Source: Octopus vulgaris (Eukaryota). Taken from it: DNA of 64,000 bases. Positions 1 to 13,360 of the stretch are shown here, one piece after another; the first letter of the stretch is position 1; each line of letters starts with the position of its first letter. The notes under the pieces are model-generated. The model was not told the DNA's origin. It saw only the letters and a list, made by a program, of their open reading frames with translations, and did not search any database. The translations under genes were made by a program, and so were the position numbers. Where the stretch lies: positions 17,794,001 through 17,858,000 of the forward strand of contig OX597839.1 of NCBI GenBank assembly GCA_951406725.2, given 5' to 3'.

Positions 1-198
1 TAAATGGCTTATAAACACCTTCAATGCTGCAACTGTTTTCGTTCCAGCACACGATCTCAGATCAAGTCACTTGCTATGCAAGTACATCTCTGTAACTATA
101 TATATATTTATATATATATATATATATATGTATATTGGTAAAAACAGTAAGATAACAAAAGAAAGAAAGAGACCTCAATATTATGTAAATAGAGGAAA

Positions 199-592
199 TC
201 TTTATATATAAAAGTGAGGTTGTGTGTCTGTCTCCTACGATTTAGATTCCTAACTACTCCCACATTTTGCGGTGCAGTTTAACCAAAACCGGGTATCTTA
301 TAGTCGTGATTCATATCGAGACCGTCTGGGTATTAGCGCGCGTCTACGATGAGTCTACGATTTAAAAAAATTTTACCATCAATTTTTCCCATTTTTAATC
401 CATTTTTGACATATATAAGGGAAGTAACTCTCTAAAATTTCTTATTAAATCTCAGAACGTAAAAAGCTACAGTAACACCCCTCCCCCTTTGTGGTTAGCC
501 ATATTGAGATGGCTATTATACTTTACATCTCTAAAAATGCTTATATAATTATTTCCCTTACAAACCCGAGCAACGCCGGGCGATACTGCTAG
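199..592 (+). mobile_element. Non-autonomous Helitron, family A copy 1
   Basis: Starts A|TCTTTATATATAAAA, ends with hairpin CCCGAGC-AAC-GCCGGG then CTAG|T; between A and T, no TSD; homologous to 1814-2450. Confidence 0.85.
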
Positions 593-666
593 TGTATGTA
601 TATATGTATGTATGTATATATGTATGTATGTATATATGTATGTATGTATATATATATATATATGTA

Positions 667-1064
667 TCTCTTATTATAAAAGGCAGATTTTATCTGCCTC
701 CCTTTGGGAGTTATACAAATCTACAATATAGGATTTCTTCAATTACAATTTACCTAGCATTTTTGAGAGTACAATGCATCGCGTCATGCCAGGTCCAGTT
801 TTTTAAATTTAAACTCCAATTAAGCAAAATTTACAGAAAACTCACATTCTGGTGTGTGTGTCAAATGCTTTTCTTAGTCTGGTTTACAGCACACGCAAAC
901 GCACACACACAGTGGGCAACGAATAAAATGAAAGTAAATAGCGACAGAGTGATTTGAGGAAGACTAAAGTGAAAGTATTCTGTCTATGACGCTGATAGAT
1001 ACATGAGTAAAATGTATGGGGAGCTAAGAGTGAGTGAAAATGTTCTTGGAAGAGAGTAATTAGT
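667..1064 (+). mobile_element. Probable 3'-truncated non-autonomous Helitron
   Basis: A|TCTCTTATTATAAAAGGCAG start and TATACAAATCTACAAT motif resemble the 5' end of family B; no 3' hairpin/CTAG, right boundary approximate. Confidence 0.45.
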
Positions 1065-1074
1065 AATAAAGTAA

Positions 1075-1376
1075 ACATACACTCATACATACATACATAC
1101 ATACATACATACATACATACATACATACATACACACATACACACACACATACATACACACACACATACATACATACACACATACATACATACATACATAT
1201 ACATACATATACATACATACATACACACACACACATACACACACACACAGTATTGAAGCTTGAGAACAATCAGATACATTTGCAACACATCTGTTGAAAA
1301 TATTATTGTTCACACACACATATACATATATACATACAGACAGACAGACAGATAGACACACACACACACACACACA
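1075..1376. repeat. (CATA)n/(CA)n/(CAGA)n microsatellites
   Basis: Directly visible; source of VCMY-type pseudo-ORFs. Confidence 0.95.
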
Positions 1377-1430
1377 TGATCCAGCATGGCCACAACCTCA
1401 AGGCTGAAACATATAAAAGAATAACAGAAT

Positions 1431-1795
1431 ATAAATGTGTGCAAAGTACAAGAAATATTAATGCAGTATATGGGGATTGGACAATAAGCGTAAGGCAGTG
1501 TCAATGGTGGTTCCAGAAATCCCGAGCCATAAACTACAGCCTAGAAGACGAGCCTCATCCTGAAAGATCTGTAGAACTCGACAAGGACATCCTGAAAACC
1601 CTGGTGGAACAAAATCTCATCGTAACTGTTGAGGAACTAGCAGAGAAGCTTGGATTTGGTCATTCAACCATTCATTGAGACCTGTGTGCTATCGGAAAAG
1701 TCAGCAAATTGGGTCAATGGGTTCCTCACGAACTTTCCGAGTCTAATTGCATGCAGAGAGTGAATGTATGCTTTTCTTTGCTGTCATATCTCACC
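1431..1795 (+). pseudogene. Mariner transposase N-terminal fragment (HTH region to WVPHEL)
   Basis: STRNINAVYG..ISVRQCQWWFQK..SLEDEPH..TVEELAEKLGFGHSTIH*DLCAIGKVSKLGQWVPHELSE; WVPHEL is the mariner linker motif; in-frame stop 1676-1678; no catalytic domain. Confidence 0.9.
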
Positions 1796-1813
1796 ACTAC
1801 TGCGCTATGTATA

Positions 1814-2450
1814 TCTATATATATAAAACTGTAGTTGTGTGAGTGTCTGTCCCCTTCGATTTAGATTCCTAACTACTCCCACATTTTGCGGTACAGTTTA
1901 ACCAAATTCGGGTAGCTTATAGTCATGATTCATATCGAGCCCATCTGAATATTAGCGCGCGTCTACGATGAGTCTACGATTTTAAAAATAATTTAACATC
2001 ATTTTTTATTCCATTTTAATGCATAATTTTTCGTGTGTCGATGGCGGCGGAGTTGGCGTCCACGCTCACACCTGCACCTGTGGGGAAGGGAGTGTAAGGA
2101 AATCAACGTCGTAATGCGTTGTCAAGGAGACCAGTGTTCTTTTAGAACAACGACTTCATGGCTTGAAGACACCAAAACAGAAATGGCTAAGAAAGCGTCT
2201 ACATGAGTCTACGATTTAAAAAAAAATTTACCATCGTTTTTTTTCCATTTTAATGCATTTTTTCGCTATTATATAAGGGAAGTAACTCTCTAAAAATGTC
2301 TACGATGAGTCAACGATTTAAAAAACAATTTACCATCATATTTTTTCCATTTTTAATGCATTTTTTGCTATTTTTGGGCTATAACTCTCTAAAAATGCTT
2401 ATATAGTTATTTCCCTTACAAACCCGAGCAACGCCGGGCGATACTGCTAG
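1814..2450 (+). mobile_element. Non-autonomous Helitron, family A copy 2 (longer variant)
   Basis: A|TCTATATATATAAAA start; identical 3' end CCCGAGCAACGCCGGGCGATACTGCTAG|T; three internal copies of the GTCTACGATGAGTCTACGATTT module. Confidence 0.85.
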
Positions 2451-2575
2451 TAACAAATAAAAAATATTTTTATAAAACATATAACTAGATCACAAAAAGT
2501 ATATATAATGATTATTCATTTTTATACTTTTTGTGATCTAGTTATATGTTATATAAAAATATTTTTTTTTTGTTA
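2451..2575. repeat. AT-rich foldback inverted repeat
   Basis: AACATATAACTAGATCACAAAAAGTATA (2476-2503) is the exact reverse complement of 2523-2550; arms extend imperfectly to about 53 bp. Confidence 0.9.
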
Positions 2576-2640
2576 TTCATGTCTTTGCTTCTGTCTGTCA
2601 TTGTTTGAATTGCATAATAGTGGTTTTATCTCTAATTTAA

Positions 2641-2672
<32 letters not shown>

Positions 2673-2884
2673 GGCTATGGCTCAGCATGGTTGCAGTCCA
2701 ATGACTGAAGCGAGCTAAAGGTAGAAGATGATATAGTTCAATGAAAAGGGATTTAGTTTTTATGACTGGGCACAGGAAAATCCCAAAACAAATGAAAAAA
2801 ATGCTTATGCAAATCAAAGATAGGAATACATCTTTATTCAGAACTCAAACTGAGAAAGGGCGGAGGGTTTTCTACAAACTTTAA

Positions 2885-3105
2885 CCCTTTAGCATTTATA
2901 CCGGCCATATCCAGCCAAAAGTATTCTGCCTGTTTTATGTTCAAACTGACCATGTCTGACCTCTCACACCAACCCTACAATATCATTTTAAAAATTAACA
3001 GCTACCTCATCAAAATCTCATAGTTACAAGACAATGTATGATTAGTTCAAAACAAAGTGGATGAAAAAGCATTAATTTTGGTAGAATAATGCAAACACTA
3101 AAGGG
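2885..3105. mobile_element. piggyBac-type MITE
   Basis: TTAA|CCCTTTAGC...CACTAAAGGG|TTAA; related decayed copies near 10655-10870, 49457-49686, 51618-51760, 54518-54735, 55075-55253. Confidence 0.8.
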
Positions 3106-3918
3106 TTAAGTATTTTATCTGGGACACTAACAATTCTGCCTGCTCATTGCCTTATAAATAAGTAATATTAATTTCTAACATACGCACAAGGCTACATACT
3201 CTGCAAGGAGTTGATGATACTGACCTGTTTATTAAACTGGTACATTTGGGGAGGGGGGAAGATGTATGTATTTATGTATATTTACCAATGTTCTTTAAGC
3301 AGCATTTTGTCCATCTTTACATTCTGAGTTCAAATTCCACTGAGGTCAACTTTGCCTTTCATCCTTTCAGGGTTGATGAAATAAGTACCAGTTGAACACT
3401 GGGAGTCGATGTAATCAGCCTCCTACTTCCCAAAACTTGCTGGCCTTGTGCCAAAATTTGAAACCAATATTACTAATAATTTGCTAAAATGGTTTAAAAT
3501 TAGTCTGAAACTCTGGCAGTAGCTCTATGAAGAAATAAGAAATTATGGTAATTTCTGTAGAAGAATGGTGACCAGTGCAAATCAGTAGACTATTAACCTC
3601 ATCTTCTGTGTGTCATTTTTGTATTATTATTATTGTTTTGTGTTGTTGTTTTTTTTATCTACACAAATAATAGTAATTGAGATGAATTAGAAACAATCAC
3701 TGTGTTATGTCTATTGATTGGGTAATTTCCGGTTTTACTGTTTTTGTTTTGGTTTGTTTTTTGCCAAGTGCCAAGTTCATATTTATATTGGGGGGGGGGA
3801 GATGTATGTATTTATGTATACTTACATGTGTATGAATGTGTTGGTGTATGTGTATATGCATATATATTTATACACGTATGCGTGTTCATATACATATAGT
3901 AATATATATTCATTCATA

Positions 3919-3962
<44 letters not shown>

Positions 3963-3964
3963 TA

Positions 3965-4016
<52 letters not shown>

Positions 4017-4194
4017 CATGTGAGTGGATATGTATGTATATATACTCATATATATATGCATATAATATGAGAACAAATGGAATTATTAAGTGGTGTGTGC
4101 AAAACTCTAGCCTCTTGACTCAATTTTGTAAGTTTTGCCTGATTAGAAATATATGAATTTGCATACACACACACACACATATATATGTACATAC

Positions 4195-4225
<31 letters not shown>

Positions 4226-5062
4226 CATGTATGTTTCGTATCTGCTATATAATTCCATTTCAATCTTCATAAACTATAACTGTTTGCAAACCAGAACCAC
4301 CTTGGTATAAAAAATTTCCAACTTATCCCTAATTCACACTCTACCATGAAACATTAAGATTAAATTAGGATCTTCTTCGTCCTAAGTAAAACAAAGCAGA
4401 CAAATCAATGAGAGTGAGTATATTGTTTAACAAGAATGTAAAACATATTTAACAAAGTCGGGGAACTCCCCTCCTCAGCTGTCAATCAGATATCAATGTG
4501 ATTTTGACACCTTATACTCATTTTTAAAACACAATTCACACAATACACATAAATACACTCTCACACTTATATATATGTACATACATATATGCACATCTCT
4601 GTGTATTCACACAGCATATTATATCATATCAAAACTGGTTGATTAATTTTGAATAAGTTAGGTTTGCGTAGTTAAAAATCTGATAAGAATAAATAGATTA
4701 TTTATGGTTTATGGATGTTTTTTTCTTAATAATTGGATCTCTTGAGATGAGCTCAAATGTTTTCACATTTGAGAAGAAGAAAAAAAACAAATAAATGACT
4801 AATTGAATAAATAAAGAAACTAAATTAATATATTTCTTTGAGAAATTGTTGTTTCTTTCTTGAAGCAATTTCTGTTGCTTTCTTGATTTTACATTATCAT
4901 TTTTTTTAAAGATTATTGCTAACATTTATACTGCAGTGAACTAATGACAAAAGATAGCTGTTTTACCAATCTTTACTGCTTCTGGTGTATATAATTGTCG
5001 TCTTACTCTTTATATGTGTGTGTATGTATATGTGCATGTGTGTGTGTGTAATGTATACATGA

Positions 5063-5457
5063 AAGAGGTGCAAGTGCAGATGTGTGGTTAACAACTTTTC
5101 TTCCAAATCACATGGCTTTTGGTTCAGTCTCAATGCATGATACATTGGGTGAGTATTTTCTACTATGGCTCTAGGTCAACCAAACCACAGTGAGTGAATT
5201 TGATAAACAGAAACTGAAAGAAGCTCATCATGTGTGTATGTGTGTGTGTATCTCTTTGTCTTGACATCATGTGATAGTTGTAAATGAGTGTTACTATCAT
5301 ACAAGCACTGTCATTCATTTTCAATACTCTGCAAAAGCATGTTTGGTCATGGGGAAATATTACCATGCTTCAAAACAGGCAAAGGATTGGTGACAGCAAG
5401 GGCATTCGGCTGTAGAAATAGAAATTCTGTCTCCATAGAAAAGTGGGTGTTAGAATG
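5063..5457 (+). mobile_element. Old chimeric SINE (SINE-A head + RTE-type tail)
   Basis: Degenerate A/B-box head and AAACTGAAAGAAGC core, then AAGGGCATTCGGCTGTAGAAA tail; same layout at 30905-31316, 41340-41690, 47995-48490. Confidence 0.65.
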
Positions 5458-5872
5458 ATCATCATCATCATTGTTCGAGACAATGGAATTTACCATGCTA
5501 CGCCAGACTTCACGGTCCATCATAGCATTACGGAGGTCCCGTTGCTGGATGCCTGTATCCCTGGAGATTACATCAGGGTAGGAGAGTGTGCACCCTCTGG
5601 TATCGCGAGTAGATGGCTTCCAGAGGAGAAGAGTAGAAATTGCCTCGTTTTCAGCTCTACAACAATGTCCAGCAAACTGGACTCTCCTACCTTTCACAAG
5701 AGATGACACAGGTGGTAGTTTCCCATATATTTACATTTTGGTTGGATGACGCTTCCACGAGAGATTTTAAGCTCTCATAAGGAGGCGAGTGTAGATTCCA
5801 TCCAACCGCCTCTCAAGCTTCTTTGATAACGTCCAGGTTTCTGTGCCATATAGTAGAATTGGTTTGACTGTT
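5456..5872 (-). mobile_element. RTE-clade LINE 3' fragment
   Basis: Minus strand VKPILLYGTETWTLSKKLERRLDGIYTRLLMRA*NLSWKRHPT..RRVQFAGHCCRAENE..LLLWKP..AMMDREVWR, then (GAT)n tail; two stops. Confidence 0.88.
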
Positions 5873-7315
5873 AAAATGATATTGCCACTACTATAAACAA
5901 AGACAACAATATGTGTGTGTGTGCGTGTGTATGTGTGTCATCATTTAACATCTGTCTTCCATGCTGACATGGATTTGACAGTTCGACAGGAACCAGCCAA
6001 GTAGAAGACTACACTAGGCTCCTGTGTCTGTTTTGGCATGGTTTTTGCAGCTGGATACCCTTCCTAACACCCTGTATATTGAACCACCCTGTATATTGAA
6101 CTGAGTGCTTTTTACATGGCACCAGCACAGGCAAGGTTAGTTTTGGCATAGATTTTACATGTGTGTGTGTGTATACAGGGGTTGGACAAAATAATGGAAA
6201 CACTTTAAAATTTCAAGTGGATGATAAAATGATGATGATGATGATGATGATGATGATAAAAGACCTTGATCATGGAAAGGTTGGGAGCCACTGTTCTGGA
6301 AGGTCAATGTTGTTGCATGGCCATAGTCCAATGACAGAAACAAGTAAATAAATAAATAAAAGAAATATAACAAACTCTCTTTCTCTCTCTCCTCTCTCTC
6401 TCCTCTCCTTCTCCCTTATTCTCTCTCACCAATTTGCTTATTTTTTACTTTAATTCTCATTTAAAATCACTTTCCTTTTCTACTACCTTTATTTTTTCAT
6501 ATTCTATGGATTTCCATTCTTTCCTTTTATTCATGTTTCTTAAAGATTATCCTGGTTTAGATGTCTTAATCCTGAATCTCCCTTTAATCTACTTATTTAA
6601 CCATAATTTCCTCTATGTCTTTTTATAACCCACCAACTGACTGTTACTATGTTATTATCTAACTATATACATCCCATCCAGCTCTCGTGACCACCAACCA
6701 CTCCTTGTAAACATCACTTTGTTATTAAAACCTATTAAAATGTTTTCACCAAAAGTTAAAGCAAATCAAAGCAACAATTGATTTCATTGTTAATTGTTTG
6801 TTTCTTTTTAATAGAGAACTAATTTTAAATTTATTCCAAGGCATTTCTTGCTATATACTGCCAACAGTAGTATATTGTATTGTAAGTTCTATGAATGCAA
6901 TAGTGCTGACTATACAGGGTGGGTTTTTTTATAGTTGGGGTGTTGGACGTTCTTTTTTTTTTTTTGGTTCCTCCCCTCCCCCGTCTGATAACACAGCTCT
7001 GTGCAAAAAGGCATTGTGTCCAAACTCCATGATATCGATGTTTTCTGGTGCCTGATTATATAGCCATGCAACGTATTGATTCACAGCTTGAAATAAGCAC
7101 AAAAACTCTAACAAAATTATTTTCCTTTGTGCATGAAAGGGATTAATTTGGAGTGGCTAAGAATGTGTGGGGTTTTTTCTCTTTCTTTTTTCTTCTTCCC
7201 CTTTTTTCTTTTGATAACTATCTTGGTAAATTTAATAATAATAATTATTATCATCAACATTATTCTTATCATCATCATCATTATTATTATCATTATTATT
7301 AATTTTTGTTGCTGC

Positions 7316-7351
<36 letters not shown>

Positions 7352-7611
7352 ATGCCTTTTTTGCTTGTTTTTTTTTTTTGTTTTCTTTTTAGTAGGGGTT
7401 ATTTTTGTTGTTGAATCATCTTAATTTCTTTTTATACCAATTAAATAGTTTCACTTTTGCCATATTTGGATTGATTCCAACTACGTACACTGGTAGCAGA
7501 GAGGAAAAAAAAAGCCAATCCTATTTTTGTAAGCTCTTAGATAAGATTTAAAAACAATTTCTTTTTTATATTCCAAATATTTATCACTAGCCATTTTGTG
7601 ATCAGATTTTA

Positions 7612-7952
7612 ACCCTTTGCCTTTCCTATTTATCATATGTAATACACAGGACATCTTTCCATGACATCCATGCAGCATATATGATACACATTCCCAATTT
7701 TTTACAACCACCAGAGTAATTTGGAATATATGAAAGGAAGGCTTTATATTACTCAGAATTTTTTGAAATAAGGACTGGCTAAAAGTTAGACACAGGCCTG
7801 GTTGTGTAGTAAAAAGTTTACTTCCCAACCACATGATTCCAGGTTCAGTCCCACTGCATGGCACCTTGGGCAAGTGTCTTCTACTATAACCTCGGGCTAA
7901 ATAAAGCCTTGTGAGTGGAATTGGTAGACAGAAACTCAAAGAAGCCCATTGT

Positions 7953-7994
<42 letters not shown>

Positions 7995-8237
7995 AACCAC
8001 CAATTGACAACTGGTGTTGGTGTGTCTATGTCCTTGTAACTTAACAGTTTGTCAAAAGTGACTGATAGAATAAATACAAGGCTTTAAAAAAAATAAATAC
8101 TGAGGTGAATTCATTCAACTAAAAAGTTCTTCGAGGTAGTGCCCCAGCATGGCCAGAGTCTAATGACTGAAACAAGTAAAAGAAATAAGCATGGGTGTTT
8201 AGGACAAGTTTATGAAAATGCTTTGAATGGGCAAAGG
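7612..8237. mobile_element. piggyBac-type MITE interrupted by a SINE-A copy (about 7790-8187, +)
   Basis: TTAA|CCCTTTGCC...GGCAAAGGG|TTAA ends; uninterrupted relative at about 62278-62520. Confidence 0.7.
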
Positions 8238-8392
8238 GTTAATAAAATTCACCCTAAAAGGGTTTTAGTTACAATGTTGAATTTAGAGATAGTAAATTAC
8301 TTAACCATTTCGTTATTAAATTGTGATGTAATCTGGAGAATCTGTTGAATGGTTAAAGTTTTGGACAAAGTGTTTTGCAATATTAACTATTT

Positions 8393-8596
8393 CTTTTATT
8401 TGTTTCAATCATTGAGCTGCAGCCATGCTGTAGTACCAGCAGGGTTTAGTCAAGCAAATTGACCCCACTACTTAGTTTTTAAGCCTAGCACTTATTCTAT
8501 AGATCTGATTTGCCAAACTGCTTAGTTATGGGGACATAAACAAACCAACACTGGTGTCAAGCAGTGGGTGGGACAAACACAATGACATATACACAT

Positions 8597-8632
<36 letters not shown>

Positions 8633-8795
8633 ACACACAGGGATTTCACACAGTTTCTATCTAACAAATTCATACCCAAGGCATTGATCAGCTGAGAGCT
8701 ATAGTAGAAAACACTTGAACCCTAAACAAAGTGGGCTTGAACCCTAAATAATCTGGTTGCAAAGCAAGTTCCTTAGTCACACAACCATGCCTGCT
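8393..8795 (-). mobile_element. SINE-A, diverged copy
   Basis: Homologous to 39173-39579 with many substitutions. Confidence 0.75.
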
Positions 8796-9073
8796 TGCTA
8801 AAGGTTTGAACAAAATACCTTTGCAGTATTTGTTCTAGCTCTTTGCATTCCTGCTGGAGTCAACTTTGCCTTTCATCCTTCCATGGGATCAATAAAGCAC
8901 CAGTCAAGTTCAGGATTGATATAATTACTTGTTCCATTCCTCACTCCTTCCATATTTCTGGTTTTTGTACGGAAGTAAAAATTATCATATTTAGCCAATG
9001 TTTCAGACATAACATAAAACATTCTTATCTCAAATTATGGAGAAAGGTTCAAATTTAGATGTGATTTTATTAA

Positions 9074-9294
9074 CCCTTTCGTTACCAACCTGGCTGAAAC
9101 CAGCTCTGGCTCTGTAGTACAAATGTCTTGTTTTCATAATTTTTTAATTAAAATCTTCCACCAAACCTTTGTCACAATTTATGTTCCTAACACTAACTTA
9201 ATGATAACTAAGTTGTTTTACTAAATTCTTTGTTATATTTAAAATAATTGAAAGAAACACAGAGCATCTCAAAATAAATACAGTAATGAAAGGG
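9074..9294. mobile_element. piggyBac-type MITE (second family)
   Basis: TTAA|CCCTTTCGTTAC...GTAATGAAAGGG|TTAA; related internally duplicated copy at about 9826-10205. Confidence 0.8.
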
Positions 9295-11114
9295 TTAAAG
9301 CCGATATTTTTGTATCATAGACCAGAGGTGATTACTTGCAAGTTGTTTAAGAGATTGAGGTAATGCAATGCATTAAAAAAAAAAAAGAGTGTGTTAGCAA
9401 AATATGTGTGTTTGTGTCAGTGTATTGTTGTCTACTTATTACATGATCGTTGCAAATGAATGTTATCATTCAAGCAGTGTCTTTCATTCCTCTTTCATAA
9501 AACCATGTCTGGTCATAGAGAAATATCACTTTACATGGAAATAGGAAACACATCTAGATACATGAACTTTACCTCAATGAAAATTCTGTCCAACCCATGC
9601 AAGCATGGAAAAGTGGATGTTAAAACGACGATGATGATGATGATGGTAATAGCTGTGTAGAGAGATTTACATATTTCTGGGTTAAATTGTATTGCATACA
9701 ACTACGAGCATTTGTGCTCTATCATAGCTCTGCATTGACTAAAGCCTGGTAGAGAGATATATATAGTTATAGATAAAGTAACTGAGTGATTGATCAATCA
9801 ATTTATGAAGTGATTGAGTTAGAATTTAACCCTTCTGTTACCATGTTTCTGTTAAAATTATATTGCCTTTGTTTCCGCTCATTTCGAAAATGAAGAATTT
9901 AGCAAAATAATTTTGTCATTATTAAGTTGGTATTTGAATCATGAATAAACATAAAATCTTGATGGAAGGTTTTAATTTAGATAACTTAAACCTGCTTTTT
10001 ACCATATTTCTGTTGAAATACACTGCATTTGTTTCAATTGATTCTTTTAAATGTTGATAAATTTAGTAAAATAACTTTGTCATTATCAAACTAGCATTTG
10101 AAATATATCAATAGGAAATTTTCATGGAAGGTTTTAATTTTGACCTCTTTAAAACAGCAAGTTTGTATTATAGACCCAGGAGCTAATTGGTATCAAAAGG
10201 GTTAAGCAATGCTGGTTGTCCCAATTCAGAGGCTTTCACTTGCTTTCACCTTTTGACATGTTAGCAGCAATAAAAAAATGTAGGACTTACTCATAATCAC
10301 AAAGTATTTGATAAAAAAAATATTGATTGGTTGTGAAAGGTTTTTTTCTTTTTTTTTTTCTCTCTGCTGGTGTTTGGGGTGAAGAAGTAATATATTTTTT
10401 GATTGGTTGTAATTAGTCTTCTTTGAAAAGAACAGGAAAATATAAGATGTTGATTGTTACATTGTATGGAGGAGAAGCGGGTAATTGGAAAAAGAGAGCA
10501 GGAAGAAAGATGTAGTGGGGTGTGGGTCAAGTGTGGAACAAAATGTAATGAATTTATGAAGGTATATGTGTGTAGTGGTAGGCTAGATTAAATTTTGAAC
10601 CTGTAAAAATGTGGTTCATATTTCATCAGCTTAATCTCATATTGTACCCTCCTTTAACCCTTCAGCATCCAGATTACTTTATCAAATATTATGCTTATTT
10701 ATTCATTCATTTCAATTAATTATGTATTATGTTGTAGCTCCATCATTTCAAATTAAGTGATTGTTTACTTTTAGAATGACATTGTAGAGGAGGTGTGAAA
10801 GGCCAGATCTAGCTGGTTTCAACTTAAAACAAGTAGGATATTTGGGCCAGATATAACTGGTTTAAATTCTAAACAGTCAATCACATCACTCACAATAACT
10901 CATCCAAGTTTTCAAATTTTATATTCCAAATCAGTTTTTGTTAACATTTAACATAATAATATTTAATTAAGGTTTACAGCTCAAAGAAATTTACTCTCAG
11001 GGTTAACTTCAATGAGAAATGCTAAGTGTAATGGAAATAGACTACGTATGAGTAAATAACTTACTACTAATACTGTGAGCTTTTACTGTTTTTTAATAAG
11101 GCACACCTGAAAAC

Positions 11115-11622
11115 ATGTGGTTGCCAAGCGAGCTTCACTCAGAAGCTCACTTTAAACCACATGGTTTCAAGTTCAGTCTCACAGCATAACACTTTGGGCA
11201 AGTGTCTTCTACTAAAACTCTGGGTGGACCAATGCCTTGTGAGCGAGTTTGGTAGATGCAAACTGTGTGGAAGCTTGTCATGTATGCATGTGCATCTGTA
11301 TATGTGTGTGTTTGTGTATGTGTTTATGTATGCACATATATACATGCATACATACATATATATATGCACACACGTACACACACACACACACATATATATA
11401 TACATATATGCGTGTGTCTTTCTGTTTGTGTTTGCCTCACACCACACCACTTGACAGTGCTGGTTTGTTTACATCCCTGTAGCTTAGTGGTTTGTCAAAG
11501 AGATTGACAGAATAAGTACCAGAATAAAAAGGAAAACGTATAAGCTCTGGTGGTGATTTGTTTGGCTGAAACCTTTCAAAGCAGTGCTCCAGCATGGCCA
11601 GAGTCCTCTGACTGAAACAAAA
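11115..11622 (+). mobile_element. SINE-A, diverged copy
   Basis: GTTCAGTCTC B-box-like motif, TTGGGCAAGTGTCTTCTACTA core, CCAGCATGGCC...GACTGAAAC tail. Confidence 0.75.
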
Positions 11623-13079
11623 GGTTAATGATATGAATGAAAATTTGTGTATTGAAAGATTAGGGTACTTATTTGCTTTTCAAGATGTCCCCAGATTGAA
11701 CAAAATATCTTGCTTTGCACAAGTGTATGAGTAACTGAATGTCAAGAATTTGTGAGGTTTATTTATGAAGTACCAAATTTTCCATTCATTATAAAAAATG
11801 ATAATTCCACACGAGTTTTTGATAAAGTGGTGTTTATACACCTCAACAGATTTCAGAAGCTCTGTATGTGTTAATCATATAAAAGCTTAAATGGGTTAGC
11901 TGTTAAACCAATATAATGTTCATTGGTTCATTCACTGGTTACATATCAGAAAGATAAACAATGGAACTTGTTAGACATCTACCATTTGAGGGACCTCACA
12001 TTAGAGTTATAGTTACGCAATTGCTTAGTGGAATGGTCTGTGAGATAACAGGGTATATACAATATTGGTGCATCAATATTGGCACATCAAATAAAAATAT
12101 TTTGTGTTATTCCAATCCATTTGGATTACATCTTTTACATGGCTTGTTGAGATTGCCATTTGTTTATCACTGAGATCAATAAAATAAAAAACCAAGGCAA
12201 AGGAACTTTCAAAGTCAATGCTCCAGTATGGCTGAAGTCCAAAGAGTAAAACCAGTAAAAGTTGAAAAGAATAAACCAGAATCTTCATAGGTTAGAAATA
12301 TATATTTTAGCTATTCATGTACGTCATTAGGCAAGACAAGTGTCCACTCCTACTTTGCAGTTGAGTGGTTCAAGTTATCCAATAGTAAAATACAAAAAAG
12401 AAAAAGCAAAGCGTCTCGCCCATAAACCATCCTACATTTCTTGAGCGGACAAAATCGATGATAAATAGCAAAAAGTAAAAGCAGAATAAAGATTCTAGCT
12501 TCACTAATTTTTAATCTGCTGTGTATACATGTATGTTTGTGAGTGTGTGTTTGTATATGTGTTTGTGTATGCATATGTGTGTGTGTGTGTATATATCTAT
12601 ACACACATACATATACATATATATATGCGTAAGTGTATATATATATATATATATATACACATACACACACACACATATATACACATACACACCCACACAT
12701 GTACATATATAATGTATAAATAAATGTGTGTGTGTGTATAATATACATATACTGTTAGAAGAAAAGATGCATTTATAACATGTGTGTGCATATATCTATC
12801 TATTTATCTATCTATATATATATATAAGAGAGAGAGAAAGAGAGAGAAAGATTTGAGGCAAGGATACTCAGTATAAAATAAAGATTTAGTGATAGCAATG
12901 GGTAAAAATTGAGTAACAGCAAAGAGCAGTAACATGAAACAACAATGAAAAATCTTTGTTTATGTGTGTGTGTTTATGTGTATGTGTATTGATAAGGATT
13001 TGAACTGTAGAATTTGAAAGAATACAACTAAATACTACAAGGTGTTTTATCTAATGTCCTACTGTTTAATCTGACTTCT

Positions 13080-13360
13080 GGAATGAAGGAAAGAAAGGAG
13101 GGAAAGAAGAAAGATCAAAAAAAGAAATAAAATAAAGAAACAGAAAGGAAAGAAATATAGAAAATAGAAAGAAAGAATTAGAGAAAGAATGAAAGAATGA
13201 ATGAAAGAAAAAGGAAGATAGGATAAAAATGTGAGAAAACAGAAAAAAGAATGAATGAATAAAAAAGAGAAAGAGCAAAAGAAAGAGTGGGAAAGAAACA
13301 AAGAAATAAGAAGAAAGTGAAAGAAAGAAAAAGAGAGTGAAAAGAAAGAAAGAAAGAAGT
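13080..13360. repeat. Degenerate (GAAA)n polypurine tract
   Basis: Directly visible. Confidence 0.9.

Noticed and set aside
6173-6215. TACAGGGGTTGGACAAAATAATGGAAACAC, like a Tc1-type terminal repeat
   Set aside because: No matching second terminus in the window; solitary fragment.
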